DNA of 63,729 nt, filler included, from Ministeria vibrans ATCC 50519 (taxonomy: Eukaryota; Protista; Filasterea): NCBI GenBank assembly GCA_943704425.1. It is 4 parts of 4 records of this genome, joined end to end, with 100 filler letters (N's around TTAATTAATTAA, not from the genome) between each part and the next. Parts side by side here need not be neighbours in the genome. Positions count along the whole stretch, not along the records: positions 14,910 to 42,599 come from CALSCP010000376.1; positions 42,700 to 62,342 come from CALSCP010000636.1; 2 more parts are not named here. The stretch is one strand, 5' to 3'. Below the pieces are notes generated by a model that saw nothing but the letters and a program-made list of their open reading frames with translations, ran no database searches and was not told where the DNA came from. Below are positions 26,185 through 43,833 of this stretch, piece by piece. Made by a program: the position numbers and the translations under genes. The stretch's first letter is position 1. Each line of letters begins with the position of its first letter.

Positions 26185-28522
26185 CTACAAGTCAGAATGA
26201 AACATGATGACGATCAGACCTGATATGACACTCTCAATGAGGCGTTGCTCGGAGACGAGATAGTGCGCAATGGCAGCGTACTCAGGATGCGCACGCGCCT
26301 GGTCGGGCTCACTAAGACGCGGCAAATTGTCGCGATTGAACTGTTTCAGGCGACGCAACTGAGTTTCAAGTCGCCTCTGCAAGTGATCGCGAGCGGCCGC
26401 GTCCGTCGATACTGCATGAACAACACGAAGCACCTGCAACAGGGCCACTGGCACGTCTTGGCCGGGCGTCATACACGACAAGTACGGATGGCTACTCGGG
26501 GTGTTCTTCAAGAGTGACGCAAGCGACGCACGATGGTCAGCTTGGGGAATGTCAACGGCAAGCGGATAGCAGTCGTGAGCATTCTGGCGCGAATCCAGAA
26601 CAAAACCGTGGTACAAAAAGTACACGTAGTTCGGCTGACCGTAGTTCTCGTGCAGGAAGTCGCCAGTTGAATAGGCACGTGCGGCGTGCGTGACGGCATT
26701 GGCAACGTGTGCATGTGTTCGGTGGACACGTTGCGCGCGGCCCACCTCAGCACCCCCGCAGTTGATCATGTCCAGCAAGGGTACGAGATTACGAGTGCCG
26801 TTGAACCAGATGGAGCGAGTGTCAACAATGGCGTGCGCCCAAAGAACACTGTCGCGGTTGACACGGTTTGACGGGAACACTTTGGGGTAGCGTCGAAAGG
26901 CAACCGATTCGAGTGTGGACGCACGATTGCGAATGGCCGTGCGGTCGCGCAGCAGCTGTGCGTACACGGCTGTCTCACGCAAGAGGGTCACGGAAGACTC
27001 GGGAAACAGCGAGGGTATCTGCTGACGCAGCTCGCGCATCGTCGGCAACGTTGCAAGGTAAGGCCAATAGTGGGACGCGTGATGCGCCACAAACTTTTCG
27101 TGCACTAGAAAAAGCAGAAGTTTCTCAAGATCGCCTCCTTTGCCATGGGCAGAGTCAATCTCGTGGAGCAGTGGACCAATGGATGGCGCAAGCATGGCAC
27201 TGGCACTCGACATAATGATGCCCTTGGGCACCGACAGATAGGGCTCTTCAAGCGCAACCGACGACGTCAGCTGCGTTCCGAGTCGCATTCCGGGCTCTTC
27301 TCGCACCGTGAGCTTGTTGAGCACACATCCGTTGGTCGTCATCCACTCAATCATACGCTCCGCACGCATCACAGCCGACCCACGTATTGCGCCCTCCTTC
27401 TTCTTCTTTGTCCTTGACGCCGACTCCTTCTTCGTCGTCGTCTTCGTCTCGGTCTTCTTCGTCTTCCTTGTTGTCGTGGTCTGGTCCAAAAGAGATGCGC
27501 CAAGTTGCGCAAACAGCACGCGGTAGTGGCGACTGTACTCTTGGGCAAGCGCGTAGGCGGAGCGCTGCGGCTCGTCGACAAGGAGGATGGGCGGAGGCGT
27601 GTGCTGCGAAGAGCGCGTCGGCGACACAGTCGAAAGAAACGTGGCAATGGTTGCGCGGGTGAGGGTGGCATTGCGCGCGGGGGCGTAGGGACAGTGCGTA
27701 GGATCAAAGAAGGCAGAGGCAAGTAGAGAGGCAGATTCCCCTTGCTGATGCTGGGTGGCAATTGATTCCAAATGGCGCACGCACAAGGCGGAGGGATCAA
27801 AACGAGAAGGGTGCGCCAGAAGAGAGGCAAAGACGTCGAGTGAGGCGGGAAGGGGCGAGTCGGAGCGCAGACAGAGCGAGCGGGGCACACTCAGTCGCTC
27901 AAGCAGATCAACAGAGATGCGCGACGCCGCCTGTGGAAATGCCGACAGATCGACATCGACACAGTCAAACGGATTGTCCTCCACAACAAAGCCATGAAAT
28001 AGTGCATAAACTACATTGCTGTTATCCTGAAATTGGAGAAAAATATAGTATAAAGAAAGAACAGAAAGATAAAAACCACGATGACACAAGCAAAGGGTTA
28101 GGGTTATCTAGATCCCTTCACTCTTACGCCGTAATCTTCAAATATTTCTTGGTTAACGTTGGTGTCGCGATCGGAACGCACGACAAAGCGGTTGTCGGAA
28201 GTGATCTGATGGGTGAGGGTGAAGGCGGCGCCGGACGACGAGTCACGCCTCACGCCACTGTTGGCATGGTTGAACATGCCGGCAAACGGAACGAGATACC
28301 TAGTGACATGTTCTCTTAATATATTTGCGTTTTCTTGCACAGATCAGATCGCACACACACACATCACAAACTTCATCTCGCGCAAGCAATACATCGCAAT
28401 TTGACTCTCAATCCACGCGCATACTCTACTACACAAACCAGATTGCACACACACACACACACACACACACGCACGCAAACACGCAAACACACACACACAC
28501 AAGACAAAGACACACACACACA

Positions 28523-28615
<93 letters not shown>

Positions 28616-28649
28616 GCAAACACACAAACACACACACACACAAGACAAA

Positions 28650-28703
<54 letters not shown>

Positions 28704-29622
28704 TACACACACAGGCACACATACACACACACACACACACACACATACATACATACACACACAGGCACACATACACACACACACACACACATGTACCACT
28801 AACATAATCTTGCGCATCGAAAACGACACGCAAATCAAATATCAATATAATAATACTCTAATCAAACGGCACACAACTCCCATCGCGAGAGTCTTTCAGG
28901 CACAAAACAAAATTAAAAACTACCGGACTTACTTGACGCCTTTCAGAGTGATGGCTCGTGACGCAACAATGTTCATGCCCCAGGCAAAAAGAGACTCCAG
29001 CGATGGGTAGAGCCCGTCCGTCACTAGAGGATTCTTCTTGGCGACCCGTCGTAGCACCTTAAGAGCCGCGCCACTCGCCTTTTCGCGTCGGCTGCGCTCT
29101 GTACTGATCCGCTTCAACAACCGAGCGTCCGGCAGAACTTTTCGCAGGAGGGCGTCGGGGAGCGCCAGCAGCGACGGGACGTGGCTGGGCAGCACTGCCA
29201 GGTACGGCGCAAATGCAGACTGCTCTGCACCCATCAGCAGCTGCGTCGCAAGGAACGTGGCAATGACAACGTCGTCTGCGACTGCCGCATCCAGCGTCGC
29301 GACGTGGCGGTCGCGTTGACGCGCAGTCGACGCCGACACAACGTGCGACAGTGGCATTGAGACAAGTTCGTCCATCGACGCCACCTTGCTCGTCGCCACG
29401 ACGCCTGTTCCATACGACGCATTGTGCGATAGTCGAACAGGCCCCAGACGGCCGCCTACGCTCTCGATCCACCTAAGCCAAGGCGAAAGAATGGGTGAAA
29501 CATCCACTCGCAATTGACAAACGGCCGTACGACACAAACTGAGCGATCTGATCGGTTTCTGTCCCTTCAACAAGTGCACTGTAGATGGTCACAAGAGAGA
29601 CAGCATAGATCAAGAGACGCAT
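26185..29622 (-). CDS. Tandem SET-domain (Rubisco-LSMT/SETD3/SETD6-type) methyltransferase with signal peptide; about 4 exons
   Basis: MRLLIYAVSLVTIYSALVEG start. SET1: YGTGVVA...FAPYLAVLP...SRA|RYLVPFAGMFNH...EDYG|DNSN...HGF. SET2: YWPYLATLP...DTRSIW...LVPLLDMINC...ENYGQPN...YHGF. Ends FHSDL*. Confidence 0.85.
28447..28790. repeat. Compound (CA)n microsatellite in a SET-gene intron
   Basis: About 340 nt CA-rich tract with duplicated interruptions. Confidence 0.95.
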
Positions 29623-29735
29623 TTGAGATATCAATAAAATTTATGTTTGAAATTTGAATTGTTACGAGACAAGTTACGTGATACATGTTGATCATTTGAT
29701 TGATTGTTTTTTGTTAATTTATTTTCGTCGCTGCG

Positions 29736-32700
29736 ATGAAATTTAACGAAAAGGAGATGTTGGCGCTGTTCAACGCCGAGTCTCCTGCTGCCGACCATAC
29801 CGGCATGCTGTTCAAGCGTGCCGAACACGGCAGTGGGGTCAAACAGCGGTGGTTTGTGCTCAAGGTGCGACGACACACTCACCACACACACACACACACA
29901 CCTCCCGTGCCCTCCGTCGGCCCGTCCTTGCCCGCGCGGTCGCTGTGGGTGTCGTGCGCGGATGGCTAATGTGTCGCTCTGTCTGTGTCTGTGTCTGTAG
30001 GGGAATCTCCTCTTCTACGCGAAGACACCCGTCGACCGCGAACCCATCGGCTTCATTCTCCTGGAGAACTGCCGCACCCAGGTAACACACATGGTCCCTT
30101 TGGCCTTCGAGACGGACGAAAAAACAAAACACAAAAACGAACGAAAAAAAAAAACAAAAAAAACAACAAGACAAAAAAAAGTTTTTGTCATTTTGCCATC
30201 TGTTTGACGCCACTGTCGCGGCCACGCCAGGCCCGTTGGACATCGCATGGGCCGCCCATGCCTCCCTCGCCCCTCCCACCAGGCACCAACGGCCTCTTCC
30301 TCGTCGCTTTTTGCGTTTTTTCTCCTCCGTGCCGTTCAAATGTCAAACGGGCGCCTCTCGAGCGCCGTTGCTCACACGCGTCCCCTCTAGGCTGTCACGG
30401 ACTCAAGCATTGGACAAAATGTCTTCTCCATTTCGTTCTTGGTGCCCGCAGGAGGCGCGCCATCGCCGCGAACGTACTTGCTGAGTGCACAAACCCTTAC
30501 GGTGCGCACCACAGCCGAGTCGGCGGGGTTCTCATCGCCCCTTGTTTGCTGTAGGATATGCGCGAATGGATGCTGGCCATTGACGGCGCGTCCTTCCAGC
30601 TCATGCGCCACCGCGTAGAGTATCTGCAGAAGCGTGTGCGTCTGTTGGAAGGCCAACTCGCCGCCTCGGCCGCCAACGACAGTCCGTTCACCTCACCCAA
30701 ACCCGCCGCCGCTGGTTCGTACAAGGCTTCCGTTGCAACCGCCGCTGCCCTTCCCTCGGTGCCACCACCACCACTCTCATCGACCCTGAGCAACACAGTA
30801 CCGTCCGAAGTGGCCATGCCCATCTCACCGTCTTCGAAAGGACGTCTCTCGCCGCATTCCTCACCTCAACAGCCGCGGCGTACCTCCTTTGGCACCCCTG
30901 CCTCCCCACCCATGAGCTCATTGGTGGCCCCCGCTCCCTCTTTAGCAGCATCAAGCGTCTCGGCATCACGCGTGCGTCTGCGATCTACATCTGGGAACAC
31001 TTCCATCTTCTCTCCCCGGTCGCTTGGTCCCTTCTCCTCTTCCGCCGCCGCCGCCGCCGCCGCCGCCTCCTCCCCTACTCTGCATTCCGTACAAGATAGT
31101 GCGCAACCTCGATCGCCTCTTTCCTCACCTCATTCCTCCAAGAAGCAGCAGCTGTCGTCGTCGTCGCGGCAGCTTCCATCACCCCCGGCATCCTTCAAGG
31201 CGAACTCCGTGCCCGCCTCCTCCGTGTCCGCGTCAACCGACCCGCCCACGCTTGCGGAGTGTGGCGAGGATCTCATCGAGTTGGCCATTAGCTGTCGCAA
31301 TCTCACCACTAATGCGCCTGTCTCCGCTGACCTGCCCAATCCATTCGTGTCTGTATCCATGTTTCATGCCGACGAGTGGTTCGAGTGGAGCCGCACCGAG
31401 ATCATCGAGTCGCAGAGCTCTCCCGACTTTGTCATGGCACCCGTCTTTCACAAGGACACCATGTCCGCGCAGTTGCGTTTTGATGTGTACTCCATGGAAA
31501 ACTACGCCGACAATTCCATTGCGCTGCTTTGTCGTGCTGAGTGCAGCATGGCCGAGATTGTCATTGCCCGACCCGACGCCAAGGAATTATCGCTGAGCCA
31601 CCCCGACGACCCGCACAAGCCGCGAGGGCTGCTCGTTCTACTGGCGACCGTCGACAACGACGAACTCAACGTACCGTCGACGCCCGTAAAGGAGGGCACC
31701 GTCGTCACGCCTAAGAAGAAAGCCTCCAAGCGACGCCACCATCATCACCATCACGACAAGGACAACTCCACCAATACAAACACCAGCAGTGACAAGGACC
31801 CCTCCGTCACCATTACCCCCACTCCTGTCGTCGTGCAAGTGACCAGCGGCTCTTTGTCAGTTGAGACGGACACGGTGAATGACGCGTCCGAGTCGGGTGC
31901 CCGGGATGCCCAGTCGGACGACATTCCCGATCAGCTTGAGTCATCTTCTTCGACCTCATCGCTCAGCGACGATGGTGATGATGACGACGGCGATAGAGAG
32001 GCCGTCGAGAACGGTGTCAATTTGGTCCGTCTTGACAACGATGCGGCACCTCAGTCTCAGTCATCCATCACCGCCGCCATGGCCAAGGGCACGGGTGGTC
32101 CTGGCACGCGCACCTCGGCGCCTCCGCCACCTGCGCCGTCGCGTCGTCTTCAGGCGAGTCTCTCGACTGCGTCCGCTTCGAGCGCACGTCCCGACAGCTC
32201 AGGCTTGTCCCAGAGCTACGGCGAGCTTGTCGACGCGGCCATGACGCATCCGGTGCACGCCTCACGGCTGTCGGGACTGTCGCAGCCGGCCCCTCAGCCG
32301 GGTCCCGTCATTGTAAAGACCTATCGCTTTGTGACAGTGAGCGACATGCGTCTCAAGGTCATCGAGGAGATGAGCGAATCGCCTTTGTCGTTTACCGTTC
32401 CCCATGCTCTTCTCATGTTGTTTGTTGCCGAGGACAAGCGTCGTCTGCTCGACCTTGAGCTCATGGGACGACAGGCCGCTGAAACATGGGAGGCACGCCG
32501 GCAGTTGGGCTTGCGCGAACAGATGGAGCGTCTTGCGCACTACCAGGTCACCATGAGCAAGTTGGGTGCGTACCGCGGTATGTCGTTCAAGCCGAGCGCA
32601 CAGAAAAAGTCGCGCGACTTGGAATTTCTGCCGACCAACTTGCACATGCAGCGCATGCGAGTGTGCGAAACCAATTCGCGCAATTTTGTGTACGAAGCCA

Positions 32701-34541
32701 TTACCGTGGGTGCCTTTGCGGCGCACGCGGCCGGCTTTAAGAAGGGAGGCCTGCGGCGCGCGTCGCAGATGGGCACAGTGGACATGCAGACACAGGGCGG
32801 CGAAGAGGCGGTGGGCTCGGAGCACTTGCACCAGGCCCTGTCGCGATTGGACACGCTACAAATGCAACTCGAGACGCACATCAGGGAACTGGCAGATTTG
32901 TCGGGTGTAGTGGATGTACAAAATGCCAAGGAGGGCGGTACAAGCGATGCGCGCGCTCAGGCGAGACTACTCAAGTCGTCGCAGGCGAGCGGCGCCGAAT
33001 TTGCCAGTTGTGTGCGTCAGATTCTGTCGCTTCTGACTGGCCCCAACGTCGTGCAGGCGGTGGCCATTGCAGCCGAGTGCACGACGGAGTGCACAGCGGC
33101 CCTTGATGCCACCAACCTGCAGAGTGGCCTTGTCTTCTCGCAGGTTCCTCGCCTGAGCTTTGCCGGTGGCGAGTCTCTACGGCACTCGTCGTCGCCGGGC
33201 TCTTCCCGTCCCGCGTCGATGATTTCCAACGGTGGTACGACTACAGCGACGACGCCGACAGCGTCCGCCGCGGCATCTGTGACTTCTCCCGTGATAAGCC
33301 GGGCCGGCGGTGTGGCGGGTGCATCCACTGGCTCGACGGGACGTCTCAAGTCGATGTTGGACAACCTCGTGGCGACCTTGGCGATTCCCGGCTGCACCGC
33401 AAGTGATGTGGTCACGGCGGCGCTCAAGCTGTCGGAAGAGACCACTTTGTGTGTACGTGCAGGCCGTCTGCAAGTGCAGGTGGCGCTTCTTCGCGATGCA
33501 GACTCGATGGAGTTGTGCTACCGCCACGACGTTGTCTTCTCCCAGGCGCTCACCACCTTGATTGCGGCAATTCTCAGTCGCATCTCGCTCAACGGCCACG
33601 ACCCTCACTTCTTCTCGCAGCTTCAGCAGTGTGGCTTCTTGCTACACTTATCGTCGTTGCTGAGCACGTTTGGTGACGAGTTGCACATGCTTGAGGACAT
33701 GGTCGTGGCGATTGAGTTGCTTAAGCGCGTGCGTGTGCGCATCATCGACATTGCCAAGGCGACCGAGGCCTCAGTGCTTCTTGGTGCGGCGCCCGTTAGT
33801 TCGTCGGGCGGCTCTTTGTCGTCATCATCGTCGAGCACGGCGGCTTCGGCTGCGACGTCAGACATGAGTGTGTGGCTGAGTGGCGGTCGAGCTGATCTTA
33901 TCGTAACGGTGGGTGTTCCTTCGCTGATGCTGACGCGTGCCACGGCCCTGGATACGCGCCGTCTTATTCGAGTAGTGCCGACACTGTTTACGCAGGGCAT
34001 CAATGAGGCGCAAACGATTGCACACTGGACGGGCGGTGGCGATGCGGCAATGCAAGACAACATCAATTTGGCATCGCACCGTGCCATGGCAAACTATGTA
34101 ACCGGCTACCGACGCTTTGTTGACTCCATGGGCGTCGAAGAGGTGGCAGCGGCCGGCGCCGAGGGCTCCATAGAGTCGCTGTTGTCGCAACTGACGGCGG
34201 CAGTGCACGCCAAGAAGACAAAGAACACCGCCATTCTGACGGTGAGTGAAGAGCTGGCGCGTGCCATGAATGGCGGACGCGTCACCGTTTGCAAGTCGGC
34301 CAAGGACCGTACGTCGATGGCGGTCACGCTCGAGCAAGCATCGATTCTGCAACACCGGCACTCGCTCAAGCCGACCATGTTCGCTCAGGCACTTGACGCC
34401 ATGCGCTCGCGTGGCACTCGACGCGACAACGTCCTCAAAAACACCGGCGACCATCGCTATGGCTTCAATGCCCTCCAGTACATGACACTGCCTAAGCTAT
34501 ACCGCCCCCCACGCGACACCATTGGCTCGTCTTTCACGTAG
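29736..34541 (+). CDS. INPP4: Inositol polyphosphate 4-phosphatase (PH + C2 + phosphatase)
   Basis: Spliced PH MKFNEKEM...GMLFKR...QRWFVLK|GNLLFY...EPIGFILLENC...MREWM; C2 IELAISCRNL...RTEIIE; FLPTNLHMQR; catalytic CKSAKDRTSM. Confidence 0.93.
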
Positions 34542-34852
34542 AAAGAAAGAAATCAAGAGTCAGCGATCACCTAGACCACCCACGATTTAGTATTAAGTAT
34601 AGTAGCATAAACATAAGAACCCATAATAAATAAAAATAATAATATTATAATTAATATAATTAATTAATGTAGTCGAGAACGACAGATAGCTTACTCGTCG
34701 TATACAAGACGTAACAAAAAATATTTATGTCGGTTTTTATTATTATTGTGGGTTGTACTGTACATTCGAAGAGGACCATTGGATGCCCTGCAAGGGAACC
34801 GACAGTCACTATACACGGCGGAAAGCTCTCCACAGAGCACGGGAGAGGGCTG

Positions 34853-35348
34853 CTAATAGCCCTTGTTTCCTCTCATTCGCGCGCGCGCATCAATCTGTAC
34901 GACATCGTTAGGGCTCGCACTCACTCTTCTTCTCTCTCTCTGCTCCTGCTCACCATGTTGAGACGACACTCGACAAAAAAGGTCTTTAAGAAGCGGCAGC
35001 GCTCGGGCACTTCGCTGCTGTAGCGAGGGCTGGCGGAGAGAGAAAGAGAGAGGAGGTAGAAAGAAACAAAGTGATAGAGAGAGAGAGAAGTTGGAAAGAA
35101 ACAAAGTGATAGAGAGAGAGAGAGTGTGTGTGTGTGTATGAGTGAGTGAAGTTGGCAGTTCAAGTGGCGTTGAGGTGTGTGTGCCTTACTGCAAGCACTC
35201 CTTGATGGTGCGGTCTTTGTGTTTGATGTAGCATTCACTCGACATAATGCATTCCGCGAGATCCTACACACAGAGAGAGCGTTACGCTGCGTGTGCCGTT
35301 CAGGGTGGCGTCGCGAACCCGCTTGAGGCCCGAGCAGCTGCTTGACAT
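34853..35348 (-). CDS. COA5: Cytochrome c oxidase assembly factor 5 (Pet191), 4 short exons
   Basis: Spliced MSSSCSGLKA|DLAECIMSSECY...KECL|...RCRFLKTFFVECRLNM|IDARARMRGNKGY*; twin Cx9C and D.RAR.RG.KGY terminus. Confidence 0.88.
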
Positions 35349-35535
35349 TCTGGAGGCGACAAATGCGCGGCTGGCGACACGGCAAGGGAGTGTAGAGTTG
35401 ATACGGGTTCAACGAATAAAATTAATTATTAATTTATTATACTAAATTTTAAACTTTTCTAGCCAAGGGTTTAGATGGGTAAGACAATTTTTCATATTTT
35501 GTACAAATGAGATACAGAAAGTAAATAAAAGTGGG

Positions 35536-38009
<2,474 letters not shown>

Positions 38010-38554
38010 TGATTGAGTACAATTTTTTGAATATTCTCAAATCTCAAATTTCACAAAACACAATTCAATTCATCGTCTTCCGTCTTATCGATCTCGCCTC
38101 ACAGTATGAACACCAAAAAATGATAGAAAAGAGATACACGCGACCGTAGGGCGTCGTGGCACGGCGTGGCGTCGCGAATGTGGAATGTGGGTCTCCCTTA
38201 GCCATTAACGACACTCCCAGTGCCCACAGCGCCATTGCCCGCGCGTCCCTCTGGCGCTTGTCGCCCCACTCCTCCACCCCCATCCACTCCACCACTGCCC
38301 CATGCCTTGTCCCTCGTATTCTTCCCGTCTGTCTACTTTTTTTTTTGTTTTTTGTCCTACCACTCACCTCATGCCACCCACCGCTGGCTCACGGCCGCCT
38401 GCTGATGGCCACGCGCCATGCCGGCATGCCTCTGTCCCCTTTCTTGTCTTGTTCGGCCCGCTCTCTCCCACCAAACTCATATTTCAATACTTTTTTTCTT
38501 TCTGTCGGCACTTTACGCTGTGTCGCCTCATACGCCCTGTTGCTCTCTCTAGAC

Positions 38555-39204
38555 ATGAAGCTTTTTCTTGCTACCGTGATGATGGCTCTCGCCCTGGCCC
38601 AGGTCCACGCCGTTGACTTCACCCACTGCCGGTATGACGATTGAGGTGTTGCACGGGCACTTTTTTTGTGTTGGATGCGAAACGTCCTCTGTGTCTCCAT
38701 GTGTGCCTTCCTTGTCGACCTCAGCATCCCATGCGTCCCCTCACCGCCTCCCACACGAGTGTCTCTTCCCTCCTTCCTTTTTTTTCTCGTCTTCGGCGTC
38801 TTTTCGTTTGCTCCTTTGTCCTAATAATGATGTTTCCTCTGCACTTTAGCATGGAAGTCTTTTGCAGCGCCGATGCTGGCGGTGTGCCCGTTGAGTTCAG
38901 CACCTCGTCCACCGGAAGCTCAGAGGGCTACAACAAGGCCGTGTGCAAGCAGCTGGGTGGCGGCAATGGCTACTACTGCATCAACGAGTCCTTCTCTAAG
39001 TGTAGCGGATCGTGTTCCACCTTCAGCAACACCCTCAAGCTCAACGGCGTTGACGTCCTGACCACCAGTGTCTCCAGCGGCACCAGCGGCTGCACCTTCA
39101 TCGAGAACATTGGTTCGTCGACCGTCGTCAACGGCGACGTCGTGTCTCTCCCCGCCCAGTCGCCCGACAAGTTCTGCACTGTCTTCCTCGCTAGAGAGAT
39201 CTAA
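38555..39204 (+). CDS. Small secreted cysteine-rich protein (about 140 aa, 2 coding exons)
   Basis: Signal MKLFLATVMMALALAQVHA; exon 2 begins near 38849; 8 Cys; strong C-ending codon bias. Confidence 0.75.
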
Positions 39205-39410
39205 GTTGTTGCATCATAAAAACCACCTTCATTATTCGAAACATTGCAGAGAAAAGCGTGTGTGCGATGTTTTGAGAAGAAGCGCCATTATGATTAGAGT
39301 ATTGTTTCGTTTTATTGTCCCGTCCTCTTACAATTCAGGCGAATACCGTAGGTCTATCCCTCTGACCTCTGCGGTTTCCATATTTTATACACAATTTTTT
39401 TCCCTCTGGC

Positions 39411-40782
39411 ATGACCGCCCCACGACTGAGACGCTTCTCCGACGACCATCCTTCGTACGATCGTCCGCCCTACTTGGTGGACGAGGAAGACGAAGACGTC
39501 ACCGACGAGTGCGTCTCCCACAGCACATTGTGTGTCCCACCTCTCTCACGCCTTCTCCTCTGCTTCGTCCAGCGAACCGGGTAACTTCTACCAGCTCGAG
39601 GCGGTTATTGTCACGGGCTTTCTCCTCGGCTGCGTCTGTGGCTTTATCGGCTTGCTTCTCTTCTTCGAGCATCCGCAACAGATGTTGTCCTGGGACGATC
39701 CGCTTCCCACCGTCCACCCGCACGACTCCACGCCTCTCTCGACCCTCTGGCCCATCCATCTGCTCCACACACAACTCGCGACGCCCACCATGGCCGACGC
39801 CAACGCGGAGTTGGCCTCCGCCATCCACTCTGCCTTCCGCGCGTAGGACGCCACCGCTCGCACCCAACGCACTCTCACTCACCTCTTCTATGCTCTATGT
39901 CTGTCGCCCTGTGCCCCGCAGCTTTGCAAAGGACCTTACCAGCGACGTGGACGACCAGTTTCACCAGTGGCAAATTGACTCTGGCGCAACTTTTATCTCA
40001 TCAAAACCTGTTAGTGGTGGAGTGATCCGAACTATCCTCCTCCTCAAGAGTTGTTTTCTGTTCTTGCGTCTCCCTCCTTAGGAATTCCGCGCGATAATGA
40101 GCTTTCTTCAACAAAGCCTTTTGGAGTATCCGGAGTCGCTCAGCCGCGAACACTCCCGTGCACACTTTCCCTTTTTCACCACTCTCTCGCACCGCCCGCG
40201 TTCCACACCCGACTCAAAGAAACGTACCTTCACACACCACAAAGACACACAAAGCACACGCTAAGCTCATACTAAGCACACAGTGACACACGCATACACA
40301 GCGCGCGCTGAAACCTCTTATCGCTCTCTTGCAGACTCTCTCACAGCCCTCTATTGCGTACACTCGTCCTCCGAGTCCACTTTGCTTACCCTCAAACGTA
40401 CGTTGCTCGCTTGACTCTCATCCACTCAACCCTTTTAATTTTTTCTTTTGCAGACTCTGGCCAAGAAAGTGACCGGCCCATTTCCAGTGGCGATTTGTTG
40501 ATATTCCCTTCGTTTGTATCCTTTGCCTACGCAGTAAGTTCACATTTGGGCCATTTTGGTCAAAACGTATATTACTCACACGGCATTTCATGTATGTGTT
40601 TGTTTGTGTGTGTGTATGTGTGTGTGTCTTTGTCTTGTGTGTGTTTATGTCTTTGTGGTGTGTGTGTGTGTGTGTGTGTGTTTAGGACACACAAGCGACG
40701 CTCCGCAGTGATCTGGTTTCGATTGTCTTCTCGATCAGCTTATAGCCATTTATTTGTACGCATCCTCCATAATATACATTGA
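39411..40782 (+). CDS. Hypothetical single-pass membrane protein, multi-exon; weak 2OG-Fe(II) oxygenase-like C-terminus
   Basis: TM segment AVIVTGFLLGCVCGFIGLLLFF; later putative exons SGDLLIFPSF and KRRSAVIWF. Exon chain not resolved. Confidence 0.35.
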
Positions 40783-41087
40783 AACATACTTATATCATTA
40801 TGACGGCGCATCGAGTGGAAGGCACTCAAACACTTTAAAAGCAAAGTGGGTCACTATAATTCGGTCTCGCGCATGGTTGGTCAATCATTAGACCAACTTG
40901 CTGAAAATTGAAAGAAAACGATAAAAGTAACTATTCTGTTCACAGACACAAGAATAGCATTCAACGCACTGCACCACCGGCACCACCGACACAAGCAACC
41001 AAACAAAATTCAATTTGTAATACCCTCTCTCTCTCTGTCTGTCTCTCTCCCTCTCTCTGTCTCTGTCTCTTTGCACACGTTGTGCCT

Positions 41088-42523
<1,436 letters not shown>

Positions 42524-42599
42524 CTTGACAGGCGCCTACACACACTAGTGAAAGTGGGTGTTGAATGAAAAAAAAGAGTTACAGAATAATAATAATTAA

Positions 42600-42699
42600 N
42601 NNNNNNNNNNNNNNNNNNNNNNNNNNNNNNNNNNNNNNNNNNNTTAATTAATTAANNNNNNNNNNNNNNNNNNNNNNNNNNNNNNNNNNNNNNNNNNNN
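42600..42699. other. Artificial contig spacer (44N-TTAATTAATTAA-44N)
   Basis: Same 100-nt linker. Confidence 0.95.
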
Positions 42700-42825
42700 T
42701 GGTGACCTACTGCAGTCTCCCGAGTGTGACTATCACGTATACTCGCCGGAGCAGATGCAAGACGCGTTTGCTAGTACAAAACGATTCAACACACCCGCGC
42801 GTCTCACGACTCTCCCTTAATGTAG

Positions 42826-43833
42826 ACCAGCACATTGTGTTCTATGGCGTCTCCTATACCCGCAACATGTACCGTTGCTTTTGTGATCTGTTGACAAACG
42901 GAGGCAGCCGTCTCATGGACGCGCGCTGGCCACGCAGTCCTGGCAGTCCACCGAGCGGTCTCACAGTCGCGTGCAACAACCAAAATGCTAATGGTCACTT
43001 CAACAACAGGTTCATGACGAAGCACAAACCCCATCAAGACTCTGCTCTGACAATCTTCATTCTGTTTCTCTTTACCCTTCCTTTCCATAATTTGACAATG
43101 CAGAATCGAAATACCCGAGCGCAATATTTCTGTCGAGTATTATTGGTCAAGCCTGAAGACGTCTGTGAGCAAGGAGTGTACTGAAGCGCAATGCATGGTG
43201 ACTCGCTATGCCTCGGAGGCTCATTTTCCGCAAGAGCTTGTTGCCAATGCCTCTGGTTGTGCCCCTGACACGCCCGCTTGCCCCACATCCTTTCTCATCC
43301 GATACAGTGGCTATCGACAACGCGACATCTTCATCCCTCAACTGCTCGAGTTTAAACGTCGACACAACTACCCTGTGACCATGTTCATGATTGACGCGCG
43401 TGGCGACGGCAGCCATCCCGAGCTGGAGCAAATAAATCTTCCACGCTTCGTGTATGCCTTTGAGAATAAGTCTACCTCGACCAACTGGGACAGTCCGTAC
43501 CTGCAGGAGTTCACCTACACCGGACTGCAGCAGGCGTTTGATCAGGAATGCCATTTGCACGGCAACGCAGCTCTCTCCTTTGTCCACATCACCATCACTC
43601 TGCTCGACCGACTCCTGCAGCACACCCGCGACCCAACTAAACCCTTCTCCACCCCGGCGCCCACAGTCTCCTCTCTCATCGCTCGCAACCTTACACATTG
43701 TCTCGACATTTATCCGCATGCAAACGACACCTTCTGCAGCACCGAGCGATTTCACGAGTCGGCAACGGGCGCCGCATATGACTGGGGCGCCCTGAATCAC
43801 TTCAAGACTCATCTGAAGACTGGCTTTCCCTGA
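42826..43833 (+). CDS. Hypothetical protein, possible SGNH/PC-esterase (TBL-like) fold; 5' end probably missing
   Basis: HIVFYGVSYTRNMYRCF resembles the ILFVGDS..RN block; later DQECHLHG may hold the catalytic His; Cys-rich. Confidence 0.4.

Noticed and set aside
28325-28845. HT/CV-repeat ORFs (also near 19800-20340 and 36180-36570)
   Set aside because: Translations of (CA)n/(TG)n microsatellites in introns
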